Positions 26,346-35,127 of a stretch of 64,000 bases of DNA are shown piece after piece (position 1 is the stretch's first letter; each line of letters begins with the position of its first letter). The stretch lies in NCBI GenBank assembly GCA_021811735.1, contig JAJZNK010000052.1, forward strand, positions 5,803-69,802, given 5' to 3'. The notes below the pieces were generated by a model that was not told the origin of the DNA, did no database searches, and saw only the letters and a list, made by a program, of their open reading frames with translations. The DNA is from Nanobdellota archaeon. GTDB lineage: Archaea; Nanobdellota; Nanobdellia; Parvarchaeales; Parvarchaeaceae. The position numbers and the translations under genes were made by a program.

Positions 26346-26404
26346 AAGTAATATTCTATCAGTATTTATCTATATATAGCTTTTTAGCTGTTAATACTTT
26401 ATGG

Positions 26405-27925
26405 TCAGTCTTTGAACAGGCCGCTATATGGTTTTCCAAGGTCTTTAGCGCCAAGATTAAATATTATTGTTTTTATATTTGTCATTTCCTCTATACTGTA
26501 CCCTACGCCTTCTTTTCCAGCTCCAGAATCTTTGACACCCCCAAATGGAAAGTATGCAGTGCCATGCGAAGGTGCGCCATTCAATGTAACATTTCCAACT
26601 TGTAGTGCTTTCACTATTCTCCACACCCTATAGAAATCGTTTGTGAATACTGCAGAATCTAGACCGTAATTGGATTTATTTGCCACGGCAATCGCTTCTT
26701 CTTCATCCTTTACTCGTATCATAGTTATTACTGGTCCAAATGTTTCTTCCGTTGCTATCGCTGATTCCAGTGATACATCTTCAAGAACTGTTGGTTCATA
26801 GTAGGAGTTTTTGTATTTCCCCCCTGTGATGATTTTTGCGCCCTTTTTGATGGCATCCTGAACCATTGAATCAATTCTTTCCGCAGCCTTCTCGTTTATT
26901 ACTGGCCCGATATTTACGCCATTATTAAGTGGATTTCCGAATTTGTAATCCTTTAGATGCTCCCGTATTTTTTCATAAAATCTATCAGCTATTGAATTAA
27001 CTATAAGTATCCTGCTTATGGCATCGCACCTTTGTCCCGCAAGCTCCAAAGAACCTTTTACACACTCTTTCGCCGCCAAATCAAGATCAGCATCATCTAG
27101 TATAATTGCAGTGCCTTTGCCACCCAGTTCCAGATGTATCTTTTTTAACCCAGCAACCTGTGCTATATGTTTGCCAACTGTAGTGCTGCCAGTAAAGCTT
27201 ACCATGTTTATTCCATTATTTTCTATAAGGTAGTCGCCTGCGACACTACCACTGCCAGTTATAACTTGTATTGTTCCGGCAGGAACACCTACTTTCCTGA
27301 ATATCTCAGCGCACATCAAAAGAGATATCGGATCCGAACTAGGCGGTTTTATGATTACTGAATTCCCAGATAATAATGCAGGTAATATTTTGGCTATTGA
27401 GGTGTAAACAGGATAATTGAATGGTGAGATACCAAGCACCACTCCCAAAGGCTCTCTTATCACAAGTGCTATTTTTCTGGTCGTATCACTTGACCAGTCT
27501 CCAGGTATATATTCTCCCATTATTTTTCTTGAATCTTCCATGCTTAATCTTAGCCTTTCAATGGTTGCGGTTATCTCGCCGTTCGCCGAATTGTACGCTT
27601 TGCCGGCCTCTTTCATAAGTACGTTGACTATCTCCTCTCTGTGGTTTTCTATTTCTTGTCTAATCTTGTTAACAAGTTCCAGCCGGTCTATCGCAGCCAT
27701 ATCTCTTATTTTATGCTTATTCTCATTTGCTGATTTTATAGCTAAATCAAGGTCTTTCTTGTTTACTGAGCCTATTTCTGCGATTTTACTCTCATCTACG
27801 CTGCTTATCAAGTCGAATTTTTCACTTGTCTTTACCCATTTTCCATCTATGAATACTTTGAACCTAGGATATTCTCCATCCTCATAAACCTCTGAAAAAT
27901 AATCACTTAGCTTTAATTTTTCCAT
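26405..27925 (-). CDS. gapN: Aldehyde dehydrogenase, GAPN-like (non-phosphorylating glyceraldehyde-3-phosphate dehydrogenase type)
   Basis: ALDH motifs REPLGVVLGISPFNYP, FTGSTTVG, ELGGKG and AGQRCDA. The C-terminal YFPFGGVKDSGAGKEG and overall similarity resemble archaeal GAPN. Substrate is inferred. Confidence 0.75.
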   Translation of the reverse strand: MEKLKLSDYFSEVYEDGEYPRFKVFIDGKWVKTSEKFDLISSVDESKIAEIGSVNKKDLDLAIKSANENKHKIRDMAAIDRLELVNKIRQEIENHREEIVNVLMKEAGKAYNSANGEITATIERLRLSMEDSRKIMGEYIPGDWSSDTTRKIALVIREPLGVVLGISPFNYPVYTSIAKILPALLSGNSVIIKPPSSDPISLLMCAEIFRKVGVPAGTIQVITGSGSVAGDYLIENNGINMVSFTGSTTVGKHIAQVAGLKKIHLELGGKGTAIILDDADLDLAAKECVKGSLELAGQRCDAISRILIVNSIADRFYEKIREHLKDYKFGNPLNNGVNIGPVINEKAAERIDSMVQDAIKKGAKIITGGKYKNSYYEPTVLEDVSLESAIATEETFGPVITMIRVKDEEEAIAVANKSNYGLDSAVFTNDFYRVWRIVKALQVGNVTLNGAPSHGTAYFPFGGVKDSGAGKEGVGYSIEEMTNIKTIIFNLGAKDLGKPYSGLFKD

Positions 27926-27942
27926 ACTCTATCTCAATTAAT

Positions 27943-28485
27943 TTAAAGTTTTCCATCTATAAACGTTTTATCATAAAGTTTATTTATAAAGGGTATAAGC
28001 GCAAGTGTCGTCGCATTTGCAAATTCTTCTTCCCTCCCCATCTTCCCTTCAGTTAAGAACGAGATTGCCCCTCCCTTTTGTTTCGAATTCTTATCATGAG
28101 AAAATTCATCGACTATGACACCGAGTTCCTTGCCTTTTTTTATTTCTTCTACGAATATCTTAGGTAACAATACTGCAGAGGATTTCCCCATGCCAATTTT
28201 ACCATTTTTGTCAAGTATAACTACTATTCCCTCAAGAAAATATTCGCCGTTAAATTCTTCGCATCCTCCTTCTAGTCCAACTGCAAAGTCCGCGCGAGTT
28301 TCTTTAAGTGCATATCCTGCTCGATTTTTTGCGCCTTGGAACATCTCATCAAAAGACATTGGCATGTCTGTCACACCAGATGAGGAAACTACTGAGTTGA
28401 CTTTAAACTCGTTAAAAAACGTGGAAAAGGCCTTTTTAACAGCGTTTATCTTTACAGGGTTGTTGGATCCGATTGCAATTTCCAT
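27943..28485 (-). CDS. Non-canonical purine NTP phosphatase (YjjX / inosine-xanthosine triphosphatase family)
   Basis: MEIAIGSNNPVKINAVKKAF...GVTDMP...GAKNRA...FAVGLEGG matches the YjjX pattern. Confidence 0.8.
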   Translation of the reverse strand: MEIAIGSNNPVKINAVKKAFSTFFNEFKVNSVVSSSGVTDMPMSFDEMFQGAKNRAGYALKETRADFAVGLEGGCEEFNGEYFLEGIVVILDKNGKIGMGKSSAVLLPKIFVEEIKKGKELGVIVDEFSHDKNSKQKGGAISFLTEGKMGREEEFANATTLALIPFINKLYDKTFIDGKL

Positions 28486-28709
28486 ATAGTTATCTGATTT
28501 TACGTTATTATAGTAAGTTTCCTCCTCATTATATAATTAGCTAGCCATCGTTTGTGATAGAAAGAAGGTTAGAGAAACAATTTGTAGCAGTACATCAATA
28601 TTAGTATAATGTTATCACTAGATTTTATTATCTATTTTGTATAAATATGCCAAAATATGTAAATTTTATATCTTTTATATATAAAGCCTGAAATGGATAC
28701 CTTATAGAT

Positions 28710-28783
28710 GCTCCTGTAGTCTAACTTGGACAGAACGCAGGCCTGCGAAGCCTGATATCTGGATTCAAATTCCAGCAGGGGCA
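28710..28783 (+). tRNA. tRNA-Arg (anticodon GCG)
   Basis: Hand-folded cloverleaf with acceptor GCUCCUG/CAGGGGC, anticodon arm CAGGC-CUGCGAA-GCCUG and T-arm CUGGA-UUCAAAU-UCCAG. 74 nt. One imperfect D-stem pair. Confidence 0.85.
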
Positions 28784-28797
28784 ATTTATTCATTAAC

Positions 28798-29289
28798 TTA
28801 GCCTATGTAATGTTCCTTTTTGTTTTCCTTTTTTTCTTTTTTGAAGTTTTCCAGCGCTCCAGAAATTATTGCATTTACATTCTCTTTTGTTTTTTCTAGG
28901 TTTTCAAAAATCTCATTGTGTATATCTACTAATTCATCTACAGTATACTCCTTTAATGAGGTAAGTATGTCAAGAAGGTAAATCGATTTTTCAGTGCACC
29001 CATCAACAAGCTTCAATACCTCTTCGCCTTTGTTCTCTTCCTTAAGGAATTTATTTATTACAATATTTTGTTCTGATGAAGGGCTTGAATATACCGAAAA
29101 AAGTAGGTCGCCCATAGATCTGAACTCTGCATAATCCCATTCTATCAACCAGTTCATGAACACTTTTTCATCCGGAAACGATTCATTTTTTGAAGAGGGA
29201 AAGAATCTTTGGTTGTTAAACCTTTTTATATCCAATCCTTTTTTGTCCAGTTTTTCAAGATAATAATCAACGTTTTTGTCTTCTTCCAT
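28798..29289 (-). CDS. Hypothetical protein (acidic, helical)
   Basis: 163-aa ORF with no motif I recognise. It ends 15 nt from the tRNA-Arg 3' end. Confidence 0.5.
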   Translation of the reverse strand: MEEDKNVDYYLEKLDKKGLDIKRFNNQRFFPSSKNESFPDEKVFMNWLIEWDYAEFRSMGDLLFSVYSSPSSEQNIVINKFLKEENKGEEVLKLVDGCTEKSIYLLDILTSLKEYTVDELVDIHNEIFENLEKTKENVNAIISGALENFKKEKKENKKEHYIG

Positions 29290-29405
29290 CCTTTAATCTG
29301 CCGACGATTAGATTAATATATTATTGTTTCTTATTTTCTTGAGTTTTATTCTATCACGAAGGCATGTATAAGACCAAACTGCTATATTGTATCTGCAGAA
29401 CATAT

Positions 29406-30155
29406 TTAAGAGACAGACAATGAATGTACATTTATGTACATATAACCTATTTCACCATTATTTGTTACGTTTGCATTTAGACTCAACATTATTTCAGTAG
29501 AAGGGCCATTTACCGGTTCTCCGACTATAAATGACAGACTGTTAATTATTTCAGTAGATGATGAATTTCCAACGGGAAAATCAAGTGTATATTTTGTAAC
29601 TTTCATATTCACACCTCCCATATTTTCGGTATACGTGCTATTTGATAGAGAATGATATACAGTAACATTATGTGGAATGGTTGAAAGAAGCGTTCCGTTT
29701 AGAGTGGATATAAATCCTAAAGCGGCTGCAGATTCTATGTAATTCTTCATTGCGTTTTCATTACTTAGATTCACTATTGTTGCCATATAATTGCCGTCAA
29801 CGCTGCCATTACTATATAAATAAATAACCGAACTAAACTGAGATGTAGAATTTGAACTGATTATACTCATCCCGTAGAGCTCATTACCACTTACGTTGAT
29901 TGTCTTTATTCTTTCATAATTAATGTTTTCATTTAGCGTGCTACTAGATCCTGTCGTAAAATTCACACTCATTGAAAGCGAAGGAAATGTATTGATTATA
30001 CTACTCACTGAAGATTTATAGAGTATCGGAATCGATGAAACTAATCTATAGGAGGCAATAGGACTTGGCAATTTTAACGAATGGGATAAAAACAGAACAG
30101 AAATGGCGGCCACTATTACTACTATGGCAACAACTGCAATAAATGCTCCCTTCAT
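29406..30155 (-). CDS. N-terminally anchored extracellular protein, sequon-rich
   Basis: N-terminal TM/signal anchor (AFIAVVAIVVIVAAISVLFL) followed by a Ser/Asn-rich domain with many N-X-S/T sites. Confidence 0.6.
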   Translation of the reverse strand: MKGAFIAVVAIVVIVAAISVLFLSHSLKLPSPIASYRLVSSIPILYKSSVSSIINTFPSLSMSVNFTTGSSSTLNENINYERIKTINVSGNELYGMSIISSNSTSQFSSVIYLYSNGSVDGNYMATIVNLSNENAMKNYIESAAALGFISTLNGTLLSTIPHNVTVYHSLSNSTYTENMGGVNMKVTKYTLDFPVGNSSSTEIINSLSFIVGEPVNGPSTEIMLSLNANVTNNGEIGYMYINVHSLSVS

Positions 30156-30237
30156 TCCTAGTTTATTCTAGAATATAATATAACTTTAATGTAACCAGTT
30201 GGTAATTACTAATTAACAGGTCTTTTTAAAAGATTCG

Positions 30238-30765
30238 TCATCGCTTCCTTGCAAATATACAAATCCATATATCCCCATCCGGGTCTTTCAGGTTAATATA
30301 CGATTCTTCGACAAAAAAGCCTGCTTTTTTCACAAAGTCTTCTATCTTTTTTTTGGGATAAAAATGGATAAATTTTTTTGTGCCATCAGGATAAACTTTT
30401 ACAGTTTCTTTTTTCCCTTTTTTAGTGCTTAAGAAAAGTAACCCCTCCTTTCTTAGTATTCTTGAAAATTCTTTCAATGAAGTACACACCTCTTTATCAT
30501 CTAAATGGAGAAAAACGGCACTGCAGAATATTCCATCAAACTCTTTGGCTTTTAACTTCAGATTAGTTATACTCATTTTGTAAAATCTACCATTTGGCAC
30601 CCTTTTCTTTGCTTCTTTTAGCATCCCTTCAGATAAGTCTATACTTGTTACATTAAAGCCTTTTTTGATTAGAAAGTCGGTATAAATACCAGGACCGCAG
30701 CCTGCATCGAGTATCTTTCCACTCACGCATTTTTTGATGAATTCCTTCTTTTCATTCGATAGCAA
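30238..30765 (-). CDS. Class I SAM-dependent methyltransferase (5' end uncertain or damaged)
   Basis: Motif I ILDAGCGPG and the post-I acidic residue (SIDLS). The track start is a TTG. The frame stays open 18 codons further upstream (GKLNKIASKYADKHWRTN) with no ATG/GTG/TTG. See the finding at 30766-30884. Confidence 0.75.
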   Translation of the reverse strand: MLSNEKKEFIKKCVSGKILDAGCGPGIYTDFLIKKGFNVTSIDLSEGMLKEAKKRVPNGRFYKMSITNLKLKAKEFDGIFCSAVFLHLDDKEVCTSLKEFSRILRKEGLLFLSTKKGKKETVKVYPDGTKKFIHFYPKKKIEDFVKKAGFFVEESYINLKDPDGDIWICIFARKR

Positions 30766-31283
30766 ATTGGTGCGCCAGTGTTTATCTGCGTATTTTGATG
30801 CTATCTTATTCAGCTTTCCTTATTTTTATGTTTCTGCGCCCAGAAATCTTCATTGTGCAATGGGCTGTCGCTGGCTCTTAGCATTTCAACTGCCTTCTTT
30901 TTTAAACCTGTAGTAAGTCTGTAGGGTGCGGACAATCTATGGTGGAAACATTCATCTCGCTGAAAATTCTAATAACTTAGTAGTCTTTCAGTGTATTAAT
31001 TCTACAGTGGCGTTGTTGATGAGCATACGGAAATACATGTTCAGTCAGAGCAGCCAAATTCTTTGGACCAACAACCACCTGCAAATGGGCGCAATGAACA
31101 ACAGGCTCAGCAAAAAGCAGGCGAACAGCCACAGAATGGCAGTAACGAGACTTCTCCAGAACGACCAACGCAAAATCAAGAGAATCAACAGTAGCTTCGT
31201 TGCAAACGTTAGCAATGGATTTGCTTCTCAGTTGATTTTTTGGTATTTAAAAGCTTTTATATTAAGTGTAATCATAATTTTCA

Positions 31284-31994
31284 ATGAAGCAATTCATACG
31301 AAAGAACCTAGAAGCGGTTTTGAATATACTTGCGGATAAAAATGCATTAATACCTCAGATACTTCCGGAAAACGAGGCAGGCCTTGATAAAGATGACATT
31401 AATTTCGTTTACCGTAGAATTTCAGATGTAGTTGGGGAAAGAAAGGCACTTTTGATAGGAGGAACTGCCCTTCAAAGGTACTCACACCATAATCCAAAGG
31501 ATATAGACGTATTAGTTCCTGACAATTTAAAGAGTTACCTTAGCGGGCTTGAGAAAAAAGGGTTTTATGGAATATATGAAAAAACCTTAAAGCCTTTCTT
31601 TAGCTCGGAGATTTATGTGTCACATTATAACCTAAATGGTAAAAGAATTCGCGTTGAATTTTACTCTGCGAAAGGCATACTCGATAAGGATATTACTATT
31701 GATTATGCTATATCTAAAGCAAGGTCTGATAAATCCAAATACGGAGATGTATACTACGCAGATCCATATACCCTTTTAATATCTAAATATAATTCATGGA
31801 AAAATCGACTTTTCAATGGGCGAGCTGACAAGGATCTTATAGATCTTAAGGAAGCTAATTTTGATATTTTAGATACAGAAATAACTAGGAAAATTAAAGA
31901 AGCGTATGCCCCAAATATAGTGTCAAGAATGGAATCACTTATGAGTGATCTTGTTCGCTTAGTATATAGAAACGTCCATAAAGAAGAATATTAA
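31284..31994 (+). CDS. Nucleotidyltransferase-fold protein (minimal NTase, GGTA...DIDV)
   Basis: KALLIGGTALQRYSHHNPKDIDVLVP is a Pol-beta-superfamily NTase signature (G-[GS] followed by D-x-D). A TATA-like box lies about 25-30 nt upstream. Confidence 0.6.
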   Translation: MKQFIRKNLEAVLNILADKNALIPQILPENEAGLDKDDINFVYRRISDVVGERKALLIGGTALQRYSHHNPKDIDVLVPDNLKSYLSGLEKKGFYGIYEKTLKPFFSSEIYVSHYNLNGKRIRVEFYSAKGILDKDITIDYAISKARSDKSKYGDVYYADPYTLLISKYNSWKNRLFNGRADKDLIDLKEANFDILDTEITRKIKEAYAPNIVSRMESLMSDLVRLVYRNVHKEEY

Positions 31995-32032
31995 TTTGGG
32001 GCATAATCTTTCTGTGTTGTTAGCTATTTAGT

Positions 32033-33388
32033 TTATTTGCAGTTTAAGGTTCTTTGAACAGTATAAAGAGACTTATTAAAGTTACTAAATTGGCTTTTTG
32101 CAAAATCCGCCCCAATTTCAAAACAGAGGGTGTTATTCGATTGGTATAAAGAAATAGATGCGTAGTAAAATGGTATTCTAGTTATATTGAAAATTACGCT
32201 TTGGTTATATACAATGTTTATTCCTACGTGATTTGACATGTTAACAACCAGCAATTGGGATGGTAAGTATTTTCCAAATTCCTTATCATAAGTTAGGTTA
32301 GAATATACATAGTGTGTTATGTTTATTGGAAAACTTGAATTTACAGAAGTTATATTTATTTCTTCTAGGTAATATTTCAGTTTTGATGGAGATAAAGCAA
32401 ATAAACTCTCGTTATACGTGGAATTTAACCTCTGAAAACCTATCATTTGCATATAGAAATTACGAAGAGGGGGGAATTTGTCTTCAAAATACCTCCTTGC
32501 AAAAGATGCATTTCTGCCCTTTGTGTAATAACTTATGTTTATACTGTTGATGTTGGATATAAAAGCAGGAGCATTGCCTATTGTCGCAAGTATAAATGAA
32601 TTGGGCAGAAGTATGTTTAAATTTGTATTTCCGAGCAGCTTACTTACGTTTGTTTGGTTTAATGAATTGTTAGTTACAGAAAAAGCAGCAGTGGTGTGAG
32701 ATATTAATCCAGTTAAATTAACATTTATTGAATTTAAGGGGTAACTATAGCTCAAAGTGGTGTAATTCACTGTTCTAATCCCTTGACTACCAACTAATAT
32801 TGAGAAAAACGATGAACCTCCCACAGATGAGATAGAAGAAAGTTGCAGGGGAAACAACATGTAAAATGTTGTAAACACTAGAAATATTACGAAACTTGCG
32901 GCTATGAAATACCCTACACCTGGCATTACTTCTTCTAATCCACCAGTCATTCTATTCCAGTTTAACAGCACTGATAATATGACTATTGTAAAAAGCAATA
33001 AGAAAATATATATAACATCTCCTAATAGCGTAAGATTGAGGAATATCTCAAATATGACAAATAGGAAAAGCGAGGAGGAAGCTAACAAGATGGCAAGCAA
33101 CCCACCACGCTTTTTGTTCTGTCCTAGCCATTTTTTACTAGTGTAAAACAGTTTGCTCGTTATTATCGCCGCGAGGCCAAAAACTATCATAAGTCCGTCA
33201 ACAAAACTTATATCTTGGGGCAATAATCCTAAAACTATATACTTTGGAAGGATAGAAATTAACAGATTCGAACCTATGAACGTAAGCAAGCCTGCTAAAA
33301 GCGTTATAACTCCTGCTATTAACAATGCCGTTCCTACAATCAAAAAAATAGTTCTAGCCACAAGAGCATTGCCAAAATCTGCCATCAT
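32033..33388 (-). CDS. Polytopic membrane protein with a sequon-rich extracellular C-terminal domain
   Basis: About 6 N-terminal TM helices, then a roughly 250-aa Asn/Ser-rich domain with many N-X-S/T sites. Confidence 0.6.
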   Translation of the reverse strand: MMADFGNALVARTIFLIVGTALLIAGVITLLAGLLTFIGSNLLISILPKYIVLGLLPQDISFVDGLMIVFGLAAIITSKLFYTSKKWLGQNKKRGGLLAILLASSSLFLFVIFEIFLNLTLLGDVIYIFLLLFTIVILSVLLNWNRMTGGLEEVMPGVGYFIAASFVIFLVFTTFYMLFPLQLSSISSVGGSSFFSILVGSQGIRTVNYTTLSYSYPLNSINVNLTGLISHTTAAFSVTNNSLNQTNVSKLLGNTNLNILLPNSFILATIGNAPAFISNINSINISYYTKGRNASFARRYFEDKFPPLRNFYMQMIGFQRLNSTYNESLFALSPSKLKYYLEEINITSVNSSFPINITHYVYSNLTYDKEFGKYLPSQLLVVNMSNHVGINIVYNQSVIFNITRIPFYYASISLYQSNNTLCFEIGADFAKSQFSNFNKSLYTVQRTLNCK

Positions 33389-33422
33389 ATTTATAACAAT
33401 TTTCAGTATATATCTTATTTCT

Positions 33423-33929
33423 TCACTTGGATATCAATCGCGATATCTCTTTTTCGATATAGTTTTTTCTACTGAGTTCTGGTAATCCTTCGATTCTTCG
33501 CAGCGCATTTAACCTGGAAAGTGCCTCTCTTTCTAATGAACTATGGATTTTTTTATGTTTTCTTTTTCTATAATTTTTGCTAGTTTCTATCAAATCTTTT
33601 CTTTCTATGTGCAATAGCTCATGAATTATGATGCTTTTTATGATTTCTTCCCTAAAATTTTCATTTTCTATCTTTAAAAATAGCCTATTTATTTTTATAT
33701 AGAACTCTTTATTTCTTATTTTTCTTCTTACAGTAGTTACTACATGTCTCTTAAATAGTCCAGTTGTTCTTTTCGTTCTAGTTATTTCAATTTCCGCAGT
33801 CACCCTACCAAGTACAGTTTTCGGCAGGTCGTAATAACCTATATTTATATATGCGCCTCTTAATGGAGAAACTACTTTTAGGCAGTCATTTAAAAAATCA
33901 AGACACTCGTCATTTCCACTCGTTTCCAT
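33423..33929 (-). CDS. Putative zinc metallopeptidase (HExxH; SprT/DUF45-like)
   Basis: IIIHELLHIERKD contains HExxH in the context typical of small SprT/YgjP-like proteins. The C-terminus is basic. Confidence 0.5.
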   Translation of the reverse strand: METSGNDECLDFLNDCLKVVSPLRGAYINIGYYDLPKTVLGRVTAEIEITRTKRTTGLFKRHVVTTVRRKIRNKEFYIKINRLFLKIENENFREEIIKSIIIHELLHIERKDLIETSKNYRKRKHKKIHSSLEREALSRLNALRRIEGLPELSRKNYIEKEISRLISK

Positions 33930-33981
33930 ACATGATACTTATTTATAATGCTACTTTTTATTAAAGATATCAAATATTTTA

Positions 33982-34506
33982 ATGGAATCTGTCATGAGTC
34001 ACTATAAAGATACACATAAAGACCTCCGAGATTTAACACTGTGCTACCTCGTCGACAAAGAAAAAGGACTAGTGTTGATAGCTATGAAAAAACGTGGTTT
34101 TGGTGTCGGAAAGCTGAATGGTGTAGGTGGAAAGGTAAAACAAGATGAAACAGTAATCGCAGCAATGCTGCGCGAAACGGAAGAAGAGATAAACGTTGTA
34201 CCAAAAAACTTCGAAAAGGTTGCAGAGATACGTTTCTATTCCAAAGACAACCCAAATGATACGGATATGAATCAGATAGCGCACGTTTTCCTTGCTTATA
34301 CCTGGAGAGGTAAACCAGAAGAAAGCGAAGAAATGGCTCCCCAATGGGCTGAAATTGATAATTTACCGCTTGAAAAGATGTGGGAGGATGACAGATATTG
34401 GTTACCGAAGATATTAGACGGAAAAAAATTGAAAGCCTCATTTTTATTTGATGACAAAAATATAATAGTGAATAAAGAGGTATACGAAGTCGATAATTTT
34501 GATTAA
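33982..34506 (+). CDS. Nudix hydrolase (MutT/MTH1-like)
   Basis: Nudix box GVGGKVKQDETVIAAMLRETEEEINV. Confidence 0.85.
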   Translation: MESVMSHYKDTHKDLRDLTLCYLVDKEKGLVLIAMKKRGFGVGKLNGVGGKVKQDETVIAAMLRETEEEINVVPKNFEKVAEIRFYSKDNPNDTDMNQIAHVFLAYTWRGKPEESEEMAPQWAEIDNLPLEKMWEDDRYWLPKILDGKKLKASFLFDDKNIIVNKEVYEVDNFD

Positions 34507-34569
34507 AATTCTTTAGAGAGATTAACACCTTTTACACTGTTCGCGATTTTTGTTAAATTCTGCTGTTGT

Positions 34570-35127
34570 TTATTGTTTGTGGAGCCTAATTGCCCATTCA
34601 GCTAGTTTCTCTATAAGGTTTTTTATCAATTCAACTGTATCATCTTCTATAAATATGCCATTCTCTATTTTCTCACCAGCGCCACCTATGAAAACCTGTG
34701 GTCTTTCCAACGGATGGGCATTTAGGAATGAAAATATCTGTCTAAGGTGATATTGTGCGAGGGCAGTCCCTATTATAGCACCACCGCTTGCTCCTATCGT
34801 TGCTACTGGCTTATCATCAAAGGAATTATCACCATATGGTCTTGATGCCCAGTCAATTGCATTTTTAAGCACCCCTGGAATAGACCTATTATATTCTGGA
34901 GTAGCTATAAGGATAGCATCAGCGTTTTTTATAGAATTCTTGAATTTTTTCACGCTTTCTGGCATATTTGTTTCCTTATCCTGATCGTATAATGGTATCT
35001 CATTTAAATCAAGCACTTCTATCTTAATGTTTTCAGGGGCGTATTTTTGGGCAGTGTTTATTATTGCCCTGTTAAACGAATTTTTCCGAAGACTTCCTGC
35101 GAATGCAGCTATAGTTATCTTTTCCAT
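34570..35127 (-). CDS. NADPH-dependent FMN reductase family flavoprotein
   Basis: ITIAAFAGSLRKNSFNR and ILIATPEYNRSIPGVLKNAIDW are typical of the family. Confidence 0.88.
   Translation of the reverse strand: MEKITIAAFAGSLRKNSFNRAIINTAQKYAPENIKIEVLDLNEIPLYDQDKETNMPESVKKFKNSIKNADAILIATPEYNRSIPGVLKNAIDWASRPYGDNSFDDKPVATIGASGGAIIGTALAQYHLRQIFSFLNAHPLERPQVFIGGAGEKIENGIFIEDDTVELIKNLIEKLAEWAIRLHKQ

Noticed and set aside
30926-31339. Track ORFs 30926-31339 (+, GTG start) and 30977-31168 (-) as real genes.
   Set aside because: They overlap each other and the next gene's start, have no recognisable motifs, and occur where composition leaves several frames open by chance. The region is reported as an anomaly instead.
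34082-34528. 148-aa and 91-aa minus-strand ORFs opposite the Nudix gene (and similar ones at 24958-25392, 27417-27887, 28115-28489, 38225-38497).
   Set aside because: Each is antisense to a gene with clear family motifs, and the translations show no recognisable domains. I treat them as shadow ORFs.
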